Assembly: GCF_009914755.1 (NCBI RefSeq)
Contig: NC_060928.1
DNA from: the human T2T-CHM13v2.0 reference genome, Homo sapiens
Length of the DNA: 64,000 bases
Strand: one strand, 5' to 3'
Numbering within the stretch: position 1 is the stretch's first letter; every line of letters starts with the position of its first letter. The notes beneath the pieces were generated by a model, which was not told the origin of the DNA, searched no databases, and worked only from the letters and a program-made list of their open reading frames with translations. Shown piece after piece: positions 50,115 to 64,000 of the stretch. The position numbers and the translations under genes were made by a program.

Positions 50115-50167
50115 GGTGGTGGTGTTAGGTGTCAAGCATTTGTTTCCCCTTTCTTTTGTTAATAGTA

Positions 50168-50600
50168 TTGTATCAGGATATTTCTGACATAAGTGACAAG
50201 TAAACCAAACCCAAGTAGATATAAGCAAAAAGCAAAAAGAAATTAATGACTCTGATTAAAAACTTCAGGGGTATAATTGGCTTCAAGCATGGTTCCCTGC
50301 ACTCAACCAGTGTCATCAAGATCAATTTTTCTCCCTCTCTTACTCAACTCTTATCAGTGCCTTTGCTTTTGGGATAGCAGCTTCTCAATTACAGACTTTC
50401 TGGGTCAACTTCAGTAGAAGACAGTACCTGCTAGTATCCTTGGAGTTTTAGCAGAATTTGCATTGTACTATAATGAATCTGACTGCATAATCTGCTGATG
50501 CTGAAAAATATCCTGTCCAGAGCATGCTATCCAATTCATAAGACTAGAAAAATTAGGACCCATCCTTAATGTAGGATTGGAGTGAATCCCCACTCAAACC
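50168..50600 (-). mobile_element. Old ERVL LTR (LTR33-like)
   Basis: TGTATCAGGA..AAGTGACAAG.AAACCAAACCCAAGT..TAAGCAAAAAG..TGGCTTCAAGCATGG. Confidence 0.55.
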
Positions 50601-51199
50601 AAAGCACTGATTGTAACACCTATAATGTTTATTTCACTTCTCACCTTTGGGGAATTGACCCTTAATGCAGTGACTGCTTGTGAAGCTGCCAATCATAGCA
50701 CTACTACCTCCAATACTCCACCCAGCGCTAGATATAAGATGCAGAGGGTTGATCACAATGCTGTATCCTCCCATCTAAAGTGATTGGTGCAATGAGTGAC
50801 CAATGTCAGTTAAATCATTGTCTATCCCTTAGATATATATAATACTTATAAGCAAAAGACAATCATCTTATATAAAAGCTTGATACTGAGCGATAAGCTA
50901 AGGTGAGAGCTTGAGGAATGTATTTATAGAGAAGTCTGCAGGTTTCAGGCATCGAGAGTGCTGAATGTTTCCTTTTTTCTGCAGCCTTTTATTTGTTGAT
51001 TCTGTGGCATATGCCAGTATCCTTCCAAAACGCTTGTTGTTGTTATTGTTTGTTAAATGAATTATAGTTACATTTCCATCACTAACAATACAAAGAGACA
51101 TTGACAACATTCTTCGGTTCTTGAGACTTTTCTAGTAAGTGGGCTCTTGTCCTGTGTTCTATGCTTGAGTATCTATTTTGAAAAATTGCCTAGTAGACC

Positions 51200-51750
51200 T
51201 TTTAATTTTTATTGTGAAATATGAAAAGAGTTATAAAAATTGCTGTAATAGTACAAGGGTTTTCTTTACACTCAGATTACTCGTGTTAACATTTTACTAT
51301 GTTTGCTGCATCCTTTTCTTTCCCTCTCTATACATTTATTTGTACATATGGAGACTATTTTGCATACATGATGCCCTTTGAGCCTTAATTCCTTAGTGTG
51401 TACTTCCTAAAATACAGCTACATCATCTTATATAATGAAGTAAATAAGAAATATCAAGAAATTACCATAGACAATATTATCTAATCTGCACCCCTTATTG
51501 AGATTTTAGCCAATTGTCTCAATTTTGATCTTTTTAGCAAAAGAAATTCCTGGATCATAAGTTGCATCCATCAGTCATATCTCCTTAGCTGTCTTCAATC
51601 TGGTGCCATTCTTTGTTTCTTCTTTTATTTCCTAACATTGGCATTTTTAAATATACAGTTCAGTTGTTGTGTATCATATGATGCTCATGTAAACAATTAA
51701 ATTTGCCAATATTTTCTTTGTAATACACATGTATGTTGTGGGGGGGCACT
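51200..51750 (-). mobile_element. L1MC-like 3' UTR
   Basis: CATGATGCCCTTT..CTTAGTGTGTACTTCCTAAAA; GTTGCATCCATCAGTCATATCTCCTTAG..CTTCAATCTGG. Confidence 0.7.
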
Positions 51751-52589
51751 TTGGCTAAAATCGTTTGACTCTTCATAATTTCACCACTGATTTTTCCATC
51801 TTTATGTCTCTTCTTTGCTCTCACTAATTTCCTCTGTGAATAATTATCTATTTTCTCTGACTTTTCTGCCCCCACCTCTACCCCTGTATACACACAACAA
51901 ACACCCTGTTTCTAATGCCAAGTCTTTAACTAGAGTCTTGCAAGGCACTATTAGAATCCACTAATGGTTCTTTGCCTGGTATAATCTTAGGTTCCTTGTC
52001 ACTATATTATACTGATCTGCAGAATCCGTCACTTAACATTTTATTGAAACTAGCCTATAATACTGCTGCTTGTTATCTGTGGCTTAAATCTCTAAATAAT
52101 TGACTCTGCCTAAGTGGATGCCCTTCTGTCTGTAGCTGGATGCACCCCTACATTGTTGTTGTGTGTTTGTTTTCCTTTTACTTTTAAACTTTGCAGGTCT
52201 CTTAGCTGTCCTAGTCCCATTAACCCTCAACATCTTTTTCTAATAACAGAGAAATAAATGTTGGTTCCTGGCTGCTTGCTAACTGGTAATTCAAGAGACA
52301 TGTGAAATATTATGGAGCAATGATATTGTCTGGCAGTAATGATAATTTTTCCAGTAGCAACTTTTCTATTGCTCCAGTTTGAAATGGTTCAAATATTATC
52401 ATAAAGTTGTGAAAATTAATTTATGGTGTTATTTAAGTTACATGCACAGAAAGATGAGTGACTTTCAGTCTTGAAATCCTCATCAAGAAAATTGACCAAC
52501 TGAGGGAGTTGGAGGAAATTAGAGTTTATTTTGTTTACATTTTCAGTTTTTGTGTTAAACTCAGGACGAGGTCAGAAACACTGGGATGT

Positions 52590-52987
52590 TGTGATTGTTA
52601 ATACTGACTGTCAACTTGATTGGATTGAAGGATACAAAGTATTGATCCTGGGTGTGTCTGTGAGGGTGTTGCCAAAGGAGATTAATGTTGAGTCAGTGGG
52701 CTGGGAGAGGCAGACCCACCCTTAATCTGAGTGGGCACAATCTAACCAGCTGCCAGCATGGCTAGACAGGCAGAAAAATGTGAAAAGAGCAACTGGCCTA
52801 GCCTCCCAGCCTACATCTTTCTCCCGTGCTGGATGCTTCCTGCCCTCAAACATCAGACTCCAAGTTCTTCAGTTTTCAAACTTGGACTGGCTCTCCTTGC
52901 TCCTTAGCTTGCACGGACTGGCTCTCATTGCTCCTTAGCTTGCAGATGACCTATTGTGGGACCTTATGATCATGTGAGTTAATACTT

Positions 52988-53041
<54 letters not shown>

Positions 53042-53081
53042 TCTATTAGTTCTGTCCCTCCAGAGAACCCTGACTAATGCA
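52590..53081 (+). mobile_element. MLT2A (HERV-L) solo LTR
   Basis: TGTGATTGTTAATACTGACTGTCAACTTGATTGGATTGAAGGATACAAAG...; TSD GATGT/GATGC; internal (CA)n at 52990-53038. Confidence 0.95.
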
Positions 53082-54002
53082 GATGCTGAAGAGGAAATTG
53101 GAAACACCTCATCCTACTAAACAAAGAAGAAAAGTAGAGCACAGAAATCAGAGGAAGTTTCCTGTCACTATCACAGCAAGGGAACCACAGACAATTCATG
53201 TGGAATCATTTCTACAGGAAGTTATAACATTTCTTAAGCCTCATGATTTCCTTGATGTTTATGATTTTTATTATTTTCTTTTATTTCCTTGTAACTAATA
53301 GCAATAAAACTCAGGAACAAGCATAGCCCTCTGTAGAGAAATAGAAAAGGGAAAGTGAAAGAAAAGTGCTCCTATTTTAAAAAGTGACACTGATGTCATG
53401 AGGAAGGAACATGTTATATTCCTAGTGCAAGGACAAGACAGAAAAAGACATTAGAAAGATGTTTTGGTCTGAGTAGCAGTTGGGGTTTATCCACTAAGGA
53501 CACACAAGAGCATTCTTACATTGACCACTAAAATTATTTCAAATTCAAAAGATTCTGGCTTCTTTATTCATGTTTGTGCTTTAGCTACAACAATGTCACA
53601 GACTCTAAATCCTGTGTACTTATTTTTTGGAGAGTGTTGTAGGTATATTTCATATTAATTCTCATAACACCAGTGAGAAAGATAAAAGATATGTTTTATT
53701 TATATATAGGGTTGTTATTCTTTCAAAAGTAAAGAGTTCTGAATATTTTCTTTTCAGTCTGTAAGCTCCATGAGGACAAGTACCTGTATTGCTTACTACA
53801 ATATTCTAGGTAGAATGCTATGTACATAGCACGTAACCAAAGTATATTGTCACTCACTAAGTGGCATGCTTAATACACAGAGCTTATTGGCTGCAGATAG
53901 CACTTTACTTTGTACTCCTGCCTCCTTCCAGTAAGGAACTCAAAAAAATCTTATGTTTAACTTTATGAAAAAACACACAAAGGCTTAGAAAGTCTTGACA
54001 TC

Positions 54003-56456
<2,454 letters not shown>

Positions 56457-59400
56457 AGAAAGTCTTGACATCTTTATTTTTACAAATATCCCAAAGAACT
56501 AATTTATGCAGGTTATAAACTAAATCAAACCACATCCCTTTATTCTAAACTTTGGAATCCAGCTACACGTTGCAGAAATAACTGGGTAACTGGAGTGTAT
56601 TAGGGTGGGCTATAAATGGTTAGAGCTTGGAGCCTGACTTGTCCTATTCCAATGCCCTCTTTCTACAAGGGTATAAGGGAAAAACATGCCAAATACCAGA
56701 CTGAATGAGTGATGCTCTAGTTTATTCCCTTTTCTACTTGTAACAGAATTTGCCCCCAAACTGAATAGAGAGCAACCTCATATAGATTTATACTTTTAGT
56801 TAAATTCAAATTCCAGCCCTAACTCTTAAGAAAGCTACCATGTTATCAATATTAATAACATACAGCCTGGAGAAAAATATGAAGTTTTCATGATTGACTC
56901 CCCCTTGGCTAGTCACGGTTCACAGATAAGACCTTGAGGGTTATATTAGCTCTTTCTATACTCACCTCCGGGGTTTGATCCAATGCCAACATTTGGGAGT
57001 CCTCAATCACTGGTTTGTGAACCTATTGTTGCATTTTAATCCTTCTTAAATTCTAATTAAGTTATAGTCGTCATGAAAAGTAATTATGTTTACTGAAAGA
57101 CCTATGATTAATGTAAACCACAAAGCAATTAGATGAAGAGAGAACAAAATGTGCTTAATATCATGATGTACTGGCCCTGAGCAGAATTAACAATATATTT
57201 GAAATGTGGACCCTTCTGCACAGATCATTGACATGGTTGTCATGGAAACTGCCTGTTTTGACATTACTGAAGTCTCTAGGCATCTCTTCTAGGTTCAAAC
57301 AGTAATTGACATGTACATCCATTTGGTCAGATAAGATGTCTTATTTCTGGCACCTTTATTATCCACAAATATCATGGTTCTCTTTAAATAATGAAACATT
57401 GCATTAAAAATAGTAACCACACATCTTTCAGCTTTTAGAGTTTTGGTTGACAACTGTTGATAGCATCACTGAGACATTATTGTGGCTAGATAGTATATAG
57501 ATTTTGTAGTCAACTAAAAAGTATTATTTGCAATAATGGTGTAAAACCCTGAGATTCAAAAAATAGAAATGCTTTGTTTTTCCTAAGTGAAAAAATTGCT
57601 AGAATTCTTTCTAAGATCGTTTTTGTTTTTCCTGGATGTTTCAATATAGATCAAGAAATTTGATGTTAAAAAATTTACCACATTTTACATAAATATTGTA
57701 CTAGGAAGATGTAGTCACAGAAAATCTGTAAATAAATTCAATTTCTCCATTATTTATCGATTTAAATTTCTCACCTGCTTCAGACACTGCTAGGAATAGA
57801 TGGCATCGTCTCTCACATTGAAAGTTTGAGCAGAATAGTTCTTAATTTTGAAGGACTAATTTTACAATTTTAGGAAGCTTAGCATTCCTGTCCTTTATTA
57901 AATGCCAGTAGTAACTACCTGCCCCAGTCATGGTGACAACTAAATATGAATTCACCACACCTTTTCAAATGCCCCCTATGTAGAGTATGGGATGGAGTGG
58001 GAGAAGTAATACTATTCTTGGTTAGAAATAACCATAAATATCTTAACAAAGATGTCATTTTCTAGTTCTGTCATTTTCTCAGCAGATGGCTCTTAACTTG
58101 TTAAACTTATCAGGTATGAGTCTCACATTAATTGAAGATTGTAAGGTAGCAATTGCTTTAAGCTGGCATGAATAATACAAGAATGTTATGAAAAGAAGAA
58201 AAGCAGAGTTAAAAATATTTGATAGCCTAAAAAAGCTGATAAAGGAAAAATAATCACTAGAATACAAAATAGAATCATATAGAATGGAATAGTTAAGGAT
58301 TTTCATTTCTCTCTACTTAAAGTTGCAAAAGAATATAGAATTAGATAATTTTTTAGGAAAAGGTATAAAATAAATGGATAGAAGGAATGAGGGTTTGTAT
58401 TATAGTCACATCAATATAGAAAAGATAAATTCATAGGCCAAGAGGAAATACCTTGTGATTTTATACTGATTGAACTTGAACAATTGGTAGGTCTTTTGGA
58501 GAAGACATCCGATAGAGGGATTATTTATATTTTTCCTGTAACTTTAAAATTTGTTAAATAAAATAAACTATACTCTTTGAATCTAGTGAATATCAGAATA
58601 AGTATTTTTCTTTTGTGTAAAAACAACTGCCATATTTCATCGATTCACATTTTTCTGCTATTGAATGCACAATAAAGCATTGCCATTAATTTAGTATAAT
58701 TACTTAAAAATATTTCCTGTCACAGTCATAGGATTGGTATGCTGTAAACAGTAATTGATTAAAATAAACCATGGGAGACTAGAAATATAAAGAACCTTAG
58801 AGAGAGTCTAACATCTCTCTCACTTTATAGAAGAGGAAATTGATATTGAAAGATATATTTTTAAACAGCATATCATCTTCTTATCTATAGAAACTGGCTG
58901 AAAAATTCAGAAGATATATTTGGAATTCAAATGTAGGCTTTGGAGTTATTATATTTATATGTAATTAAAATGCAACAATATCTTAGAATGTGCCTGAATG
59001 TGATGCTGAATCAAAGAACTATGGAATTCAAAGTCCAGGGCTTAGTAGATGTCAGTTTGGGAGAATATAACAAGAAATTTTCATTAGCCACTGAATATCA
59101 ACCAATAATAACAGGAGAGAGGGAGAGATAGAACAAAGCTGATTATGATGGGATAAAAAGGACTGTCCTCTATTAACATTGAAGACTATAATATTTTAGT
59201 AGCATCAGTCTGGGTAACTATTATTTTTCTCATTGCCGTGCTCATCACTTGGAGAAAGTCATAGAAATGATGAAATCTTAGATTGATTTAGAGCCAAATT
59301 TTGATGAAAATAAACTAGTGCCAGAAGAATAGGATGTTTTAATCAGAGTGATGTCTTTTAATCTAACATTTCAGGAGCAGAGGAATTCTTTGGTAATAAC

Positions 59401-61176
59401 AAAGTCCAGGGTGTAGACATCAGAGTGGGCAGGAGGAATAGAACAGCATGAACTAATTAGAATTCTCTAAAACCAGAAAATGAAAAAGCTTGAAAGTTAG
59501 AGAACTTTGTCACCTGGCTCTTAGGTTTACTGAGGATAGTGTTAGAGGTTGGCGTAGAAAAGAAGACAGAAAACAAGGAGCCAAGGTCTTTGATACATCA
59601 ATTGGAGTGATAGGGAGCTATACAGATACAGGAAGAGTGGTGGAAGTTAAAGCAGTGATGGTCCAAAATTAGCACCATGAAGTGAAATATTGTTTTGAAC
59701 TTCCCTTGCTCTGTCTCTGAGGAAAGCAGAATATGGATGGATAAGACACCACTTAATAGGGTTTTATATAAAAAGTAGTGCTTGATCTGTCAGGAATCTG
59801 TTGGGATAGTGGAAGGCTCTCTAGAAATTTCAAAGAAGGGATTTAATGGAGAGAATTAGCAACTTACAAAAACAGAGCAACCACTTTGTTCACTCAGGAA
59901 ATTACTCCTGAAAAGTGGAGGAAAGCACTGTTAATACTCTTAGCTGTTTGCAGACCTGAAGTAGGCATTAACAGAGGGAAGCACTAATTCCACTGGATGT
60001 GTTTCACTAGACTCAGAAAGGACTGTGCTGGTAAAGAAGTTTGGAAAATAATTTTCCCAATCTTCATATCTTATGATATATGGTGGTGAGATGCTTAGTG
60101 GGCAGGAATAATGCTGAGTGTGAATGAACATTATCAGGGAGAAGTAACTTCAAGTAAGATGAGTTAAGACAAGGAGGTAGAGAGGAAATCAACCAATGAG
60201 TTTAAGACACAGATTTATTTGTTATTGTGGGACATGGACTAAAGAGGTCACAGGAAAAAGTTTTGAAGGAAAGAACAGTGGGAGATTGCATTAAAGCCAA
60301 GTAAGCACAGAGCAGCATGACTCTGAAACTTCTATAGGACCAGAAAAAGGCTAGGGGAAATCATATTTTGGGTGTTGTGTAAATATCATAGGGAAGCAAA
60401 GCATGGTATGAATTAGCTGACTTCCAAGTTTCCTTAAAAAAGAAAAGGTTCAACTTTTTTTGATAAAAAGAAAAACTCAGTTCTGCATGAAATGGGCAAC
60501 ACGAATTTTTTATGTGACTATGGGAATTCTAACGTGGCATATATGCAAGGAAATCTTGACTTTCTATGATCCTAACTATGTATTAGAAATTGTAGAAACC
60601 TCTGATAAATGGCAACACACTTCCAGTGGAAATGGAAATAGCTTTTTAATCACAATTCTTCAAAACACTTAACAAAACACAAGTATCAATGAGGAGGATA
60701 TAGTATGGTGAATAAATTAGGATATATTATTGTTCTAATTATTTGTGAGTCCTTTAAGAGATTATGATTGATTCCTACTCTGCTAACTTGGAGTTGGGAT
60801 CAATTTTTTTGGCCAAAATTTTTTTTGAGTGGACATATGGAACTTTTGAACAAAAGTTTAAGATGCATCATGTATTTCCACTGTTCCTCTTTTTCCTCCG
60901 TCACCAGCCCAGCATGTGTCATATAGAGGCTGCTCCCTAATTCTGAGTCTGTGAATGAAGACCTGGAGGGGAGCTGTAGCTGCCCAGGAAAAAAAATGAC
61001 ACGAGAAGAAAATCCACCTTTGTTTTTTGTAACTACTGAGATTTTGGTGTTGTCTGTAATTGCACCAATACCCAGTGAACCATATACATTCTATTTTCCA
61101 AATATATTTGACTATACAGATTTTTTTTTAATCTTAGAGAATCTAGTAGGACAAGTTTAATTGAAAACGTGAAAAT

Positions 61177-61435
61177 AGGCTGGGTGCAGTGGATCATGCC
61201 TGTAATCCCAGCACTTTGAGAGGTGGAGGCTGGCAGATCACTTGAGGTCAGGAGTTTGGTATCAGCCTGGCAACACGGTGAAACCCTGTCTCCACTAAAA
61301 ATACAAAAATTAGCTGGGCATGTTGGCACATGCCTGTAATCCCAGCTGCTCGGTAGGCTGAGGTACGAGAATCACTTCAATCCTGAAGCAGAGGTTGCAG
61401 TGAGCTGAGATGGCGCCACTGCACTCCAGCCTGAG
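61177..61435 (+). mobile_element. Alu (S/J) lacking its 3' end and poly(A) tail
   Basis: GGCTGGGTGCAGTGG...GCACTCCAGCCTG, then non-consensus sequence with no A tail. Confidence 0.93.
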
Positions 61436-61842
61436 CTATTAACTCTGTGTCTTCTTAAAGTAAATATTTCTAAGAAAAAAGAATTTGGTCACTGATAATT
61501 GATCTTTAAAATACTCTAAATGTAATTATCTTGATCATCTGTCCAAACAAACTTCCTTGTATCTTAATAAGATACACGCTATTGTTACTACCCAATAATG
61601 TTAATGGGATTTAAAATGTTTTTCTGATTGTTTTGTAACTCTGCTTTTTGTTTTTGTTTCACATGAGACACTCACATGGTTATTTTATAGACTTCCTTGT
61701 TGATTTGGCTTGACAAAACAGTAGTTAGGGAAAAGAGAAAATCATGTCTCATTCTAGCCAATCTAACTTGAATCATGAATGAAGAGTTTCATTGGTAGGT
61801 TTAGGTCTTGAATTAACCCTTACTGGGGGAGGTAAACAAATA

Positions 61843-62912
61843 TAGTTGACTCCTCAACAACACAAGTTTGAACTGAGTGGGTCCATTTGTATACAAATTT
61901 TTTTCAATAAACATATTGGTACATTTTTCTGTAGATTTGCACAATTTGAAAACACCTTGTAAGGTGAATATTATCTGCAGATAATATTCCTTAGCTTAGG
62001 AGTATCTTTTAAAAATTAAGAAAATGTTAGGTATGTCATGAATGCACAAACTATGTGTAGATACTAGTTTATTTTATTATTTACCACCATAAAATATGCA
62101 CAAATCTATAATAAAAGGTTAAAATTTATCAAAACATATACACACAGACACAGACCTTACATGACACCATTCATAGTTGAGGGAAAAGTAAACATATGTA
62201 AAGATGCAGATTAAATCATAACTGCATAAAATTCACTGTAGTATACATTGTATTACTGTAATAATTTCGTAACCACCTCCTTTTGCTATTGGCATAAGCT
62301 CATACTGTGAGTGTCCACTTGAAATGCCACGTGTCACTAATCATCTCCATGTGAGCAGTTTATTGCCAGTAAATTGCATATTAGAGTAAAAAGTGATCTC
62401 TCCTAGCTGTTGCAAATTTTTCACATTTAGTGTAACACTGTAAACATTAAATAATGCCATGGGATTTATACAAAGGACCACTAATGCTGACAATGCTCAC
62501 AAGAAGCAGAGAAAAGTAATGACATTACACATACACAAAAAAGCTTGAATTGCTTGATATGTGCCTTAGATTGAGGCCTGAAGCTGAGATTGTTCACCAT
62601 GTCAGATAGATGATTCATGTTGTAAACAGAGAACATAATTTATGGTATCAATAAATACATTACCATACTGTAAACATATTTTCTCTTCTTTACGATTTTT
62701 AAAATAACATTTTCCACCTGCATTGTAAGAATACAGTATATAATACATATGACATAAAACATATGTGTTAACTGTTTATGTTATCAGTAAGACTTCCAGT
62801 CAACAGTAGGCTATTAGTAGTTAAGATTTTGGGGAGTCAAAAATTATAAGTGGATTTTCGTCTGAGTGGAGATTTGGTGCCCCTAACCTCCACCTTGTTA
62901 AAGGGTCAGCTA
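61843..62912 (+). mobile_element. Tigger2b-like non-autonomous DNA transposon (~1070 bp)
   Basis: TA TSDs; termini AGTTGACTCCTCAACAAC / TTGTTAAAGGGTCAGCT are degenerate Tigger2 TIRs. Confidence 0.88.
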
Positions 62913-62922
62913 TATGAATAAT

Positions 62923-63106
62923 AGGAATGTGGTAGTAAGTGTTTGACTACAGGCTCTTAGTGGGGAAAAAGAGCCCTGATTTTCAGCATTTGCCTATTTT
63001 CCTGATATAAATACTCCCACCATGGTCGATATCAAGCTACTGTCCTAAAGTCACTGTGTACAATTATTGGCTCTCCTGACTGTCCAGGAACTTCTGTACA
63101 CCCCGA
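62923..63106 (+). mobile_element. MER63A-like hAT element
   Basis: GCCCTGATTTTCAGCATTTGCC..TAAATACTCCCACCATGGTCGATATCAAGCTAC. Confidence 0.75.
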
Positions 63107-64000
63107 TCAGTAACCCGAGCCTTTTAACTGAGGTCTGCATTTCATTGTGCTGTTATTGGGCTGCTGTTAGTAAGCCCTGGTCATGCTTGGATATTAAATG
63201 TTATAACATCTCATGATTTCTTAAATGCCATTTTTGCCAAATCAGAATAAGAAAGCTTCTATCTGACTTCTCCTTTCCAGTTCAGGTTGGCCTTGGCATC
63301 CAGAATCCTGTGATGACTTATATCCCAGTTATCTAGAAACCTGACACTGCTTGCTTTTGATAGTCCTTTCTCCATTGGAGCTGAATTCTGTACATTTTAC
63401 CTTCAACTATGTATATGTCTTTCTATAAACAGAGCAGCTATCCAGAACATTCATTCTTCTCACCCTGTCTCCAAGAATTGGTTCTCACCAATCTTTATTT
63501 TACCATACCTCTCTGTCTCTTTCCTGAATTTTACTTTTTCAGTTACTGACACCTGTCCAAATCACCTTACATTTGCCCACTTGGACATTTTATCAACTTG
63601 CCCAATTATCCTATTGTAGTGACACTATGACTTTTTATTATATTCAGTGACTGAGATCAGAGTTGCCTAATTCCAAGACCCTGAGTTATAACAACTGTTG
63701 TGAGTAAATGTAACACGAATGTGCTAGACAGTTTGATTAATGTTTGTGATTAATGTATTCAAAAGACCCAAGGTAACTAAAATTATATTTGTCAAGTTTT
63801 AAAGTGCTGAATTTCTGAGATATACTATTATCATAATGTAAAAATTATTTAGGTTGAAAGGTATTCTTGGTTTGATAAATAATGGAAGAAAGAACAATGA
63901 TCTAATAACATAAATATATTTAACAGGTATATTTAAACTTGATAAAATTACTTCACTCAGGTAAAATAATATGAGCATTTTTTTTCAAGATTATGTAATA

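Noticed and set aside
59029-59423. CAAAGTCCAGGG..GTAGA repeated ~370 bp apart
   Set aside because: Only about 12 exact bases in probably old LINE-derived sequence; too short to call a templated copy

Overview
AT-rich, CpG-depleted primate genomic DNA, most likely human, read by eye. It is intergenic or deep intronic: I found no intact protein-coding exon, RNA gene or CRISPR array. Most recognisable content is transposable elements: L2, L3/CR1, MIR, old and young L1, four Alus, MaLR/ERVL/ERV1/ERVK solo LTRs, Tigger1, Tigger2b, MER20, MER63, MADE2 and MER85. The only host-gene relic is an ancient PRDX4 processed pseudogene split by an MLT1A LTR. I see no evidence of a new multi-gene system. The most interesting signals are mutational footprints: two short copies of unique DNA inserted into L2 elements 1.5 and 8.1 kb from their donors, fold-back/palindromic patchworks, candidate poly(A)-only insertions, and a 5'-inverted L1PA2 with a 3' transduction. 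Repeat subfamily names come from remembered consensus sequences and need RepeatMasker/Dfam confirmation.
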